Of a stretch of 64,000 nucleotides of DNA, positions 50,303 to 58,718 are shown piece after piece. Position 1 is the stretch's first letter, and each line of letters starts with the position of its first letter. Position numbers and translations under genes: made by a program. The stretch is from the IMG/VR virus record IMGVR_UViG_3300033997_000136, positions 149,151 through 213,150 of that record, one strand, 5' to 3'. The notes beneath the pieces were generated by a model. It was not told the DNA's origin. It did not search any database and saw only the letters and a program-made list of their open reading frames with translations.

Positions 50303-50749
50303 ATGAACTGGTTTAGTGTATTCGATATTAAAGATGCGTTTGAAGTCATGTACAATGCACTTAAATTAAATCACCCTTCATTGACTAAACGTCTGTTGGT
50401 TGATAGTGTGAATCGGATATTTAGTCTGTTATCGATTTACATGAATAGACCTGATGTTGCTGAGTTGGAGTTGACTGGTTCAATCCATGAACTGAATGAA
50501 GAAATCATGTTGTTACTCTCTGTGTTCATTGATGGAGAGACGGAAGATGTTCTATTGATGGAAATTTATTCTGAAATGAATAAAGTCATTCACTTAACGA
50601 TTCCTGCACCCATGCTTCATCAACATGTATTAACTGCAGTATGTGTTTCACCTCGTGGTGATGAAATGCTTGGGTTCTTTGGTGAGATGACAAAGGAATC
50701 TGAAAAAGTCGTGAACGATGTGTTCTTAAAGTTAGGATTAAAACCATGA
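50303..50749 (+). CDS. hypothetical protein (array member 1)
   Basis: ORF with AAGGA RBS. Confidence 0.7.
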   Translation: MNWFSVFDIKDAFEVMYNALKLNHPSLTKRLLVDSVNRIFSLLSIYMNRPDVAELELTGSIHELNEEIMLLLSVFIDGETEDVLLMEIYSEMNKVIHLTIPAPMLHQHVLTAVCVSPRGDEMLGFFGEMTKESEKVVNDVFLKLGLKP

Positions 50750-51111
50750 TTACATTGTTCGATATTCGAGATTACCATACAGTGCTTGATGTGGATGATT
50801 TGGGATTGAACGATGTGAATCGCAAAGAGTTAGCGGATATCATTGCGTACATCTTGTATCGTGAGATTGCACTTGATACGGGTGTGTACTCTATTGATTT
50901 ACGGTACATGGCATGTACACAACCTGGTGTGGTGAGTGTATTACAAACCGTTATCAGTATTGTGTATAAAACTGCATTGGAATTTAATGCATGGTCGTGT
51001 AAAGTTAGCCTTAACGGATATGACTTACAACTTGACTGGGGACCATTGGAACGCTACAAAGCATTGTCTAAATGGTACAACCCACCTCTTCAATTAAAAC
51101 CAAAACTATAA
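50746..51111 (+). CDS. hypothetical protein (array member 2)
   Basis: ATGA overlap; LFDIRD start resembles VFDIKD of upstream gene. Confidence 0.7.
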   Translation: MITLFDIRDYHTVLDVDDLGLNDVNRKELADIIAYILYREIALDTGVYSIDLRYMACTQPGVVSVLQTVISIVYKTALEFNAWSCKVSLNGYDLQLDWGPLERYKALSKWYNPPLQLKPKL

Positions 51112-51127
51112 CCACGGAGTTTACTCG

Positions 51128-52300
51128 ATGTCTACAGTGAATGTAACTGATTTCATGCAACTTGCATTAGGAACGACCGAACCAAGTGAGATGGAATTAT
51201 TTCATGGACAAACCGATATTCTTTTAACAGACGATACTGAGTTCTGCAACAACTTGCGTCAGATATCTCGTGCACTTTTTACTATCAGTGGACCACTGCG
51301 CGTCAGTACATTCATTGAGTTCTTGTGTCGTGATTTTAGTCTTTTAAAAGAAGCGCGTAAAAGTAGTGCAGAAGCGAAAGCAAAACCAAAGTTTTCGTTA
51401 AAAACATTACGTGCACTTAGCTTTGAGTACACGCCGCAATTAAAAGGTGAAATCCTAACATACATCGAAACGAACGTAGCTGAGTTTAATGCATTTGTTA
51501 CTCGCGTTAAGATAAACCAAGCACGTGAAGTGTTGTTATCCGCGATTAAACCAAAGATTACGTTAAACGAAGTGATGTTGAACAATGAGTATTCGCAGCT
51601 ATTGACTAACGAACAAACGGTGGTATACGACGCGTATCACGAGTCATTGCTTCGTGAGTATGAAAATCAGTTACATGACTTTACAGTCATTGACCACATT
51701 AATCGCTTGCTTGTTAACAAAGCACGTGAATTATCGATGACAAAAGGTGCTGTGAAGAATCGACTATCACGTAAGTACGATAAGTTCTCAACCTTAATTT
51801 CGACAACACCACCACCGGGTGTTCAAACAACGTCAAAAACGTTGTACATCACTGAAATCACAGACTTGTTACAACAAGACTTGGGTGATGTGTTTGAACC
51901 TTCAATTGTCAGCGTTCTTATGGCCGACGCAGGTGGTCTTTTAGTTGCTTACATCAATGAGCTGTTTAGACTGAAGTTGCGCTGGGTTACATCAAAGAAA
52001 GAATCGCCTTTATTAGAGGCGTTGATTTGTTTGGTTGGTGACGAAATAGCCATGTATGTATTTGAAGATAATGAGACTACCTACAGTCTTATTTTAAATA
52101 TATTCAATGGTATATTTGAAACACTAAATCTAGAGAACTGGTTTAAAGAATGGGACTACCCAGCAGTTCAAATAGCAGGTCGTCGTTTGGTGTTGTTAAA
52201 TCAAGGAGATTATCGAATTCATGCGTACCATCGAGCTGTAGACCGTGGTGATGAATCGATTAATTTCATTGACCACACCGAAGTGATTCTTCCGTACTAG
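51128..52300 (+). CDS. conserved hypothetical protein (C-terminal domain is array member 3)
   Basis: 390 aa; C-terminal GDYRI motif; GGAG RBS. Confidence 0.7.
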   Translation: MSTVNVTDFMQLALGTTEPSEMELFHGQTDILLTDDTEFCNNLRQISRALFTISGPLRVSTFIEFLCRDFSLLKEARKSSAEAKAKPKFSLKTLRALSFEYTPQLKGEILTYIETNVAEFNAFVTRVKINQAREVLLSAIKPKITLNEVMLNNEYSQLLTNEQTVVYDAYHESLLREYENQLHDFTVIDHINRLLVNKARELSMTKGAVKNRLSRKYDKFSTLISTTPPPGVQTTSKTLYITEITDLLQQDLGDVFEPSIVSVLMADAGGLLVAYINELFRLKLRWVTSKKESPLLEALICLVGDEIAMYVFEDNETTYSLILNIFNGIFETLNLENWFKEWDYPAVQIAGRRLVLLNQGDYRIHAYHRAVDRGDESINFIDHTEVILPY

Positions 52301-52302
52301 AG

Positions 52303-52692
52303 GTGCCTATGCCTTCTAAATGTGCATTAGTGTCTATTCAGGAGATAATTGATTTACTCCCTGAAACGATTCCAGACACAGTTAAAAGTCGTGTAGTTCA
52401 TTTAATGTTACGTCGTCTTTTACAAAAGGAAGTGTACGTTACACTCACTCCTCGTGATTTGTTAAAAGTATACGTTCCTATTCCTGAGGATTTAGACGAG
52501 ATACTCGATGTTACAAAAGATGCACTTATCATGCAGTTTAGTAAGTGGTGTATGATAGCACCGTATCGTGTATCTGCTGTTCAACCTCATGGGCAGACTG
52601 ATGTGTTTATTGAATGCAAGTACGATGTTACATTAGCGCGAGAATTACTTTTAGAAGAAGATGGTGAATTAACCATTGCTTCTGACACATAA
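52303..52692 (+). CDS. hypothetical protein (array member 4)
   Basis: ORF; real start may be ATG 52309 (GAGG RBS). Confidence 0.7.
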   Translation: MPMPSKCALVSIQEIIDLLPETIPDTVKSRVVHLMLRRLLQKEVYVTLTPRDLLKVYVPIPEDLDEILDVTKDALIMQFSKWCMIAPYRVSAVQPHGQTDVFIECKYDVTLARELLLEEDGELTIASDT

Positions 52693-52701
52693 ACCAACTA
52701 C

Positions 52702-52727
52702 AGTAGCAGGACAAACGTCCTGCTACT
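52702..52727 (+). terminator. hairpin / weak terminator
   Basis: agtagcaggac-aaac-gtcctgctact. Confidence 0.65.
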
Positions 52728-52758
52728 TATTCCCAAATTAATGTAGTGGAGATTACTT

Positions 52759-53211
52759 ATGCGAAGTTCTACGTGTAACCTAAACGACGAACCATTGTTT
52801 CATCCAGATTGGAAGAATGTAGTCGCGTTGTTAAAATCGACGCAGGAACACACCATGTGTATTGATGGCGCTACGCTTTACAACGACATTTATCTGAAAA
52901 AGAAAGAAGAAGGGCTTACAAATAAAAACGCACGGCAAATTTATATGCTTTGCATTGAAGAAGCTGTTCGACAAGCAGATAGAGAATTAGCGTATCAGTA
53001 CAGAACACCTCGTTACAAAGCGCTTTGTGATGAAAAGGTGTTTAATCAATACAGTGCTTTGTATGAAGTTCTTGAATTTAAACGCGAGATTATGAATCAT
53101 TGCAGTCGCCTGTTACGTTCAACACCCCAACCTTTAGAAGTTGAGTTAACTCTTCTTCAAGTAGAAAAACGCAATGTCTCGTTGGTTCTTCGTTTTCATC
53201 AACTGGAGTAG
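52759..53211 (+). CDS. hypothetical protein (array member 5)
   Basis: ORF with GGAG RBS. Confidence 0.7.
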   Translation: MRSSTCNLNDEPLFHPDWKNVVALLKSTQEHTMCIDGATLYNDIYLKKKEEGLTNKNARQIYMLCIEEAVRQADRELAYQYRTPRYKALCDEKVFNQYSALYEVLEFKREIMNHCSRLLRSTPQPLEVELTLLQVEKRNVSLVLRFHQLE

Positions 53212-53214
53212 GAT

Positions 53215-53670
53215 ATGCAACGTTCACTGTTGCTAAATATGTCTTCTATAGCCACACTTATTAAAAGTCATCAAAGCGTATCAAGGGAGCACCTGTATCA
53301 ACTTTTACTTATTGTTGCAGGAGTGGCATGTTCTCGTTTAGTCAATTACGTGGATGACCTTAGTTCTAAAACGTTATTGGAGATAGCAGACAGTGAATTG
53401 TGTGACTTGGTGTATGAAGAACTTATGTTAATCATTCAATCTCAACACCCTGAAGACATGTTTGATATAGAGGTGGAAAAACGTGCACTTAACTTTGCAG
53501 AAGAGTGGTACATAACCATCATGGAGTGTCTTGCGATGTGGACGCCGGATGTATTGGGTGCTATCTATATATCTGCAAAACAATACGGTCATCGAATGTA
53601 CAATGATATTTCACTTATTGAAATCAGTGCACGATATGACGTTTTGTACATTATTAGTTGGGATGATTAA
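53215..53670 (+). CDS. hypothetical protein (array member 6)
   Basis: ORF with GGAG RBS. Confidence 0.7.
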   Translation: MQRSLLLNMSSIATLIKSHQSVSREHLYQLLLIVAGVACSRLVNYVDDLSSKTLLEIADSELCDLVYEELMLIIQSQHPEDMFDIEVEKRALNFAEEWYITIMECLAMWTPDVLGAIYISAKQYGHRMYNDISLIEISARYDVLYIISWDD

Positions 53671-53673
53671 TGT

Positions 53674-54033
53674 ATGCAAAAAGGTTATCGAATTGATTTT
53701 GACCAAGAACATGAATTCTTTTACGAACAAGTCGTTGAAGGTCAATTTTGGGATTATGATTTAAATGAACTCATTGCAACCATTATTGAAACCAATAACC
53801 CACTACCCCCACTGAGTGATATTCATATTCCATACGACCATAGTCTAAATTCAAACGAGCCTTTTAACAACGCAGTACGTAGTTTGACTTATACTGTGTA
53901 TTGGGCCATCGCTGGAAATAAACTAGTAGACGAGTACATGAACATCACCCACACAAAATTCTTCTTAGATGAAGATGCTCGTGAATTGATTTTACTACCT
54001 AATGATTGTAATTATTGTGAACCACCCACGTAA
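53674..54033 (+). CDS. hypothetical protein (array member 7)
   Basis: ORF, tightly coupled to neighbours. Confidence 0.7.
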   Translation: MQKGYRIDFDQEHEFFYEQVVEGQFWDYDLNELIATIIETNNPLPPLSDIHIPYDHSLNSNEPFNNAVRSLTYTVYWAIAGNKLVDEYMNITHTKFFLDEDARELILLPNDCNYCEPPT

Positions 54034-54044
54034 GAAGGTGAAGT

Positions 54045-54533
54045 ATGATTGGACTATACACAGACCACGAATTATCGTCGTGGATAAGTCGCTTTGAATC
54101 CATGTATCCATTTATGTCAGCAGGACACTTTATTGCTTTGTTCAGCAGATTTTGGGCGTATGATGGCGTTATTCATTTTGATGATGATGCAACACGTACA
54201 CCAAGTTACATGTTAGAAGAAGAAATGCAGGAAGAGATATTTGATAAGTGCCATGCAGAAATAGAAGGGTTGTTGTATCACAATGGTCTTCGTGATGAAG
54301 TTCATCAATTGATGGAAATTCTAATGATACCTTATGTGAATCCAGAATGGTTTGCTACACTCATACCACTTCGTGGTGGTGATTATTTCATTCTTCAATG
54401 GGATATAGAGGTATCTGATGGACCGCTTGATAGTGATGCGATTATTCCACACATCAAAGGTTTGTTTGTGAATCATATAGACCCGATGTTGGTGTTAAAT
54501 AATTCATGGTTGCGAGGGGAATTGAATGGCTAG
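54045..54533 (+). CDS. hypothetical protein (array member 8)
   Basis: ORF with AAGGTG RBS. Confidence 0.7.
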   Translation: MIGLYTDHELSSWISRFESMYPFMSAGHFIALFSRFWAYDGVIHFDDDATRTPSYMLEEEMQEEIFDKCHAEIEGLLYHNGLRDEVHQLMEILMIPYVNPEWFATLIPLRGGDYFILQWDIEVSDGPLDSDAIIPHIKGLFVNHIDPMLVLNNSWLRGELNG

Positions 54534-54924
54534 TAAAACAGACTTTACAGATGGTGCAGTCTACAACTTTGTGACGACATCCACTGTGCTTGGTACATTT
54601 AAAGGTGTTACCGCTGAAGGGGTTGTTAATTATCGAGTTGCATCAAAATACATTGATGCTGCTGCTCTACACGCAAACATCTTTAGCACACTACCCGCAG
54701 GAACACCAAACGACTTTACGCAATACCAATATTTGATTGTGCGTCATCCAAATGGTAACGAAACTGCCGTGGGTTTACCGTGGATACAAGATGGTACAGT
54801 GGAAGTTGTTGAACGTACAGATTGCCACATTAAGTTGGTTGATGTTTCTTCTGAGAAAGAAGCATTGATACGTCAACTTATTGCTGATAACGGCTTTCGT
54901 TTAGGTTCGTTAGTGTTCAAATAA
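54526..54924 (+). CDS. conserved Chimalliviridae protein upstream of DNA polymerase (phiKZ gp49-like)
   Basis: LHANIFSTLPAGTPND, AVGLPWI motifs; synteny. Confidence 0.65.
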   Translation: MASKTDFTDGAVYNFVTTSTVLGTFKGVTAEGVVNYRVASKYIDAAALHANIFSTLPAGTPNDFTQYQYLIVRHPNGNETAVGLPWIQDGTVEVVERTDCHIKLVDVSSEKEALIRQLIADNGFRLGSLVFK

Positions 54925-54938
54925 TTTCCTACACTGGG

Positions 54939-55064
54939 AACCCCATTATATGAGGTTTAGCTTGGGGTTACTCCCGTTCTCCCGATGTGTCCTGCAACAT
55001 ATCGGTTCTTTACTGGGGATTGTTTAACAATCATTTAGGAGGGTAGAAATACCCTCCATTTTTT
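54939..55064 (+). other. structured intergenic element (four hairpins, last one a terminator); contains 25-codon ORF 54950-55027
   Basis: aacccca/tggggtt, ccgatgtgt/acatatcgg, gattgtt/aacaatc, ggagggta/taccctcc plus T tract. Confidence 0.45.
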
Positions 55065-55137
55065 CTTTTATTTTTTTCCTTTTTTATTTTTTGTTACAGA
55101 TGACGTTTATCGTGTGTATAGTTATCTCGGAGACACT

Positions 55138-57282
55138 ATGGAAAATTTACACACACTGTTCCAACGGGAACCAGCGCAGTATCGTCGAGATTTAGATATA
55201 AAGACTGCGTACTTTCAGGACATGATTTCAGGTATATCCAAGAAATATGGCATCAGTGTTGAAAAAGCAAAAGAGTTTGTCTTAAACGTTACATCTGAGC
55301 AAGGTAAATATCCGTTTAAAGATAAGCCAACACGAATTGTTGCACCAAATGAACATGGTGACCGCCAGCTTGTTGATACAACCTTTTTGTCGTACGTGAG
55401 TAAAGCTCAAGAAAACGATATGGTGTTATCACCCTCTATGGTTATCTATGAGAATCCAGATAGAGAACATTCTATCTCAGCCAAATTCATCGCAGTAAAC
55501 GTAAAGGCTCGTGGCGTTGCTAAAGATGAAATGAAACAAGCAGAAAGTGCTGGTCTTGTTGATTTGCAAATCAGTAAAAACAACGAACAGAAAAACAAGA
55601 AGCTCGATAACAACGCACTCTCTGGCGCGCACGTATCTGCATCAACGGTGTTACATAAGCCAAGTATTCACACATCACTAACATCTATGTGTCGCTGTGC
55701 TGCAAACTACGGTAATGCGAATAACGAAAAGATTATTGCAGGGAACCGTCATTACTTCTCACCAGACATTATCGAAGCGAATATATTAGCTACGATACGT
55801 TTAGTTAACCTTGAAACATTTGGCGCAATGGTTATTGAACACAATCTGGTGTATCCAACAGTTGACCAAGCGATGGAAGTGGCTATTCATGGTAGCCATC
55901 GTTATTTTAGAAATCCAAAACGAATGGATGATGTTCGCCACCTTCTAGAAGGGATATCTCCTTTAGAACGTGCAGCATGGGTTTACATTGGTGACCTGTA
56001 TCACATCTGTAAGTTTAATCAGGATTTTGTATTTAAGCTACTTGACCGTTTGTCTTGTCGCACAAATCCTGTTGTTGAAATGGAATCAGGTGCTATTTTA
56101 AAAGTATTGCCTGAAGATGGTGTTATCTTAGTCGCACACTTATGTGCAGATTTACTTGCAGGTAAGTCAATTAAAGCTGTGAAAGAAATGCCTATCGAAA
56201 CACAGCAGATTGTTGCAGCTACTGCCTACAATGTGTTTACAACACTGATAGACTACCATTCGTTTATTCGTGAAATCTTTGTTACAGACATTATGCCGTC
56301 GTCTGTTTGGGATGTACCATCACAAGTTCGCGAAGCAGTGTTGGCAGGTGATACCGACTCAACGATATTCTCAGTTCAAAATTGGTTGGAATGGCGTTTT
56401 AATGAAATCACGTTCAAACCAGAAGCAGTGAACTTTGGTCATGCGGTTGCATTCTTAACATCTGCATCTATCATCAACGTACTTGCTATCATGTCTAAAA
56501 ACGTAGGTGTGCGTGATAGACAGTTATTCCAGTATGCAATGAAGTCTGAGTTCTACTTCTCTGTGTTCTTGTTAACGTCACGTGCTAAAACTTACGCTGC
56601 GATTAAAGCAATACAAGAAGGTATCGTTAAATCGAAGTTTGAGTTAGAACGCAAGGGTGCAGTCCTTAAAGGAAGTAATACACCTGAGTTCATTATGGAA
56701 AAAGTAGAAGCTGCTTTAATCCGAATACTCAAAACTGTACGTGCTGATGAAAAGATACGCGTGATGGATTACTTGACCGAATGTGCTGACTTAGAACGTG
56801 CATTGGAGAAGGGGTTACGTGCTGGAGATACGTCGTTCTATAAACGTGCTCAGATAAAGCCTGCAGAGACGTACAAGAAGGGTGAAGATGAAAGTCCATA
56901 CTCACACTACTTGTTGTGGAAAGAAGTGTTTGCTGATAAGTATGGACACACTGTAGAGCCACCGTACGCTGGATTAAAGATTAATCTAGAAAGCGATGGA
57001 AGTCAGCCGTTATTCAATAAATGGTTAGCGTCTATTGAAGACCCTGTTATTCGCGATAAACTTATTGCGTATTTAAAACGCACAGGGAAAACAAAGATAA
57101 CTAACGTAATAATTCCACAAGCAATTGCCAATTTAAACGGCGTGCCTGCGGAGTTATTAGATGGAATGGGATTACGGAAGATTATCTCGACCTTGTTAGA
57201 ACCGTACTACGTATTACTTGAACCACTTGGTCAGTTCTTTGTAGATGACAACCAACTACGTTTAGTGTCTGATTTTTATTAA
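55138..57282 (+). CDS. family B DNA polymerase, polymerase subunit of split enzyme (phiKZ gp50-like)
   Basis: QKNKKLDNNALSG (motif B), GDTDSTIF (motif C), KTYAA, ERKG; ATG 55138 with GGAG RBS; no exonuclease domain seen. Confidence 0.88.
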   Translation: MENLHTLFQREPAQYRRDLDIKTAYFQDMISGISKKYGISVEKAKEFVLNVTSEQGKYPFKDKPTRIVAPNEHGDRQLVDTTFLSYVSKAQENDMVLSPSMVIYENPDREHSISAKFIAVNVKARGVAKDEMKQAESAGLVDLQISKNNEQKNKKLDNNALSGAHVSASTVLHKPSIHTSLTSMCRCAANYGNANNEKIIAGNRHYFSPDIIEANILATIRLVNLETFGAMVIEHNLVYPTVDQAMEVAIHGSHRYFRNPKRMDDVRHLLEGISPLERAAWVYIGDLYHICKFNQDFVFKLLDRLSCRTNPVVEMESGAILKVLPEDGVILVAHLCADLLAGKSIKAVKEMPIETQQIVAATAYNVFTTLIDYHSFIREIFVTDIMPSSVWDVPSQVREAVLAGDTDSTIFSVQNWLEWRFNEITFKPEAVNFGHAVAFLTSASIINVLAIMSKNVGVRDRQLFQYAMKSEFYFSVFLLTSRAKTYAAIKAIQEGIVKSKFELERKGAVLKGSNTPEFIMEKVEAALIRILKTVRADEKIRVMDYLTECADLERALEKGLRAGDTSFYKRAQIKPAETYKKGEDESPYSHYLLWKEVFADKYGHTVEPPYAGLKINLESDGSQPLFNKWLASIEDPVIRDKLIAYLKRTGKTKITNVIIPQAIANLNGVPAELLDGMGLRKIISTLLEPYYVLLEPLGQFFVDDNQLRLVSDFY

Positions 57283-57291
57283 CCGACATAA

Positions 57292-57323
57292 TGAAGAGAA
57301 GAGGCGTACGCCTCTTCTCTTCA
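57292..57323. terminator. bidirectional terminator (perfect 32-bp palindrome)
   Basis: tgaagagaagaggcgtacgcctcttctcttca. Confidence 0.85.
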
Positions 57324-58397
57324 CGTAGTAACGTATGGCGTAATAAAACGACTTATTTCATCTTTTACAAACCGTGGTAGTGAACGGTCAATCAACGCTT
57401 CACGAATCAGACGACGTATTTCAATCTTATCGTCACGAGACGCATCTCCTGGTGATTCACTATCTAGATGCAACACAATCCGAAGCGCAGGAATAACTGA
57501 TGCACTAAGTACCCACGCTAATTGTCGAGGAACAAAGGTATCAGGCATCTTCATTAACTGAAGATAATCTTTTGCATGGATTGGTTGTAGATTCATCAGA
57601 AACACTTCAAACGAATACGACTTCTTCGATAGGAATAACATCTGATTAAACATATACGCGTTTAAGTCTGAATCTACGTTAAGCATTGGTGTAGGTAATG
57701 ATACCAGCTCTTTATTTGGTTTGTCACCATTTAGCAGAGTTAAGAATCGATTCAAGTGTGCAACATCCTGAAAAGATTTCAACGCATTTGCCATAGGGTA
57801 TGCAACAAGGAATTGACGAACTGTTTCATAAAACGGTAAGTCTCGTTCAGCCATTGCTTTATACCAGTGGTAAAACTGAATACCTAACTTTACCATGTCG
57901 ATTTGAATGACAGCTACACCACTTGATATCGGTGTGTAGGTTCCATCAGGTAATACAACCGTTGTATCATCGACTGGATGCCTTAGGAAACGGATAGGTG
58001 TTAACGATTGCCATACGTCAGGTTGGCTTGAGCGAAGTAAATCGAAATCTTCATTTACAGTAAACAAGACTTCATTCACATTCCCTTTAAAGAAAACGCC
58101 AGTTCGTTCAGTAGTCCCTACCTGATGAACCGTCGTTATTCCGTGAGCCATCGCAACTTGTTTATACCGATGCAACAATAAACGATGCATTTCAAACACA
58201 TCAAGTGTTGGGTCAATCCGTAATGACTTTAATACAGAAACGAGAAGATGTCTATTGCTTAATGCTGACTTAGAGAAACGATACCAGCGAATTGCCTTTA
58301 CACCATTGACTTGTAGTTGCCGTCGTGTTAAGCGATAACCAGCAGGATGTGAAGTAGGGCGATTGTCACTGTAAGTCCGTGTAAAAAACTGATACAT
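57321..58397 (-). CDS. conserved protein between DNA polymerase and chimallin (phiKZ gp52-like)
   Basis: Start moved to MYQFF at 58397 (AAGGA RBS); WQSLTPIRFLRHP motif; synteny. Confidence 0.65.
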   Translation of the reverse strand: MYQFFTRTYSDNRPTSHPAGYRLTRRQLQVNGVKAIRWYRFSKSALSNRHLLVSVLKSLRIDPTLDVFEMHRLLLHRYKQVAMAHGITTVHQVGTTERTGVFFKGNVNEVLFTVNEDFDLLRSSQPDVWQSLTPIRFLRHPVDDTTVVLPDGTYTPISSGVAVIQIDMVKLGIQFYHWYKAMAERDLPFYETVRQFLVAYPMANALKSFQDVAHLNRFLTLLNGDKPNKELVSLPTPMLNVDSDLNAYMFNQMLFLSKKSYSFEVFLMNLQPIHAKDYLQLMKMPDTFVPRQLAWVLSASVIPALRIVLHLDSESPGDASRDDKIEIRRLIREALIDRSLPRFVKDEISRFITPYVTT

Positions 58398-58515
58398 ACT
58401 TGAGTCCTTACCGTGAAATAAAATAATACATGAAGAGTGGCTATAGTATGGAAACATGCATCGGGTAGCCGGTACATGTTACATATGCGCGTATATCTCT
58501 AATGAACGAGAATAC

Positions 58516-58654
58516 AAACATACATTATCATTGTGGTTATACGGATTTAAAATAAAATTCTACATAGCCACCCCACAGTATGAGTTTAACTACTATCGCC
58601 TAAACGCGATAGACCTAATGATGTCGAATGAATAAAAATTCAAAGACACATTAT
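58516..58654 (+). promoter_or_regulatory. two tandem early promoter-like boxes upstream of chmA
   Basis: aaacaTACATTAT at 58516-58528 and aaagaCACATTAT at 58642-58654. Confidence 0.55.
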
Positions 58655-58718
58655 TAACCTGAATTCGAGATACTCTCTCGATGTTTGCGCAAATATAAAA
58701 GTCAAAACGGAGATTTTC

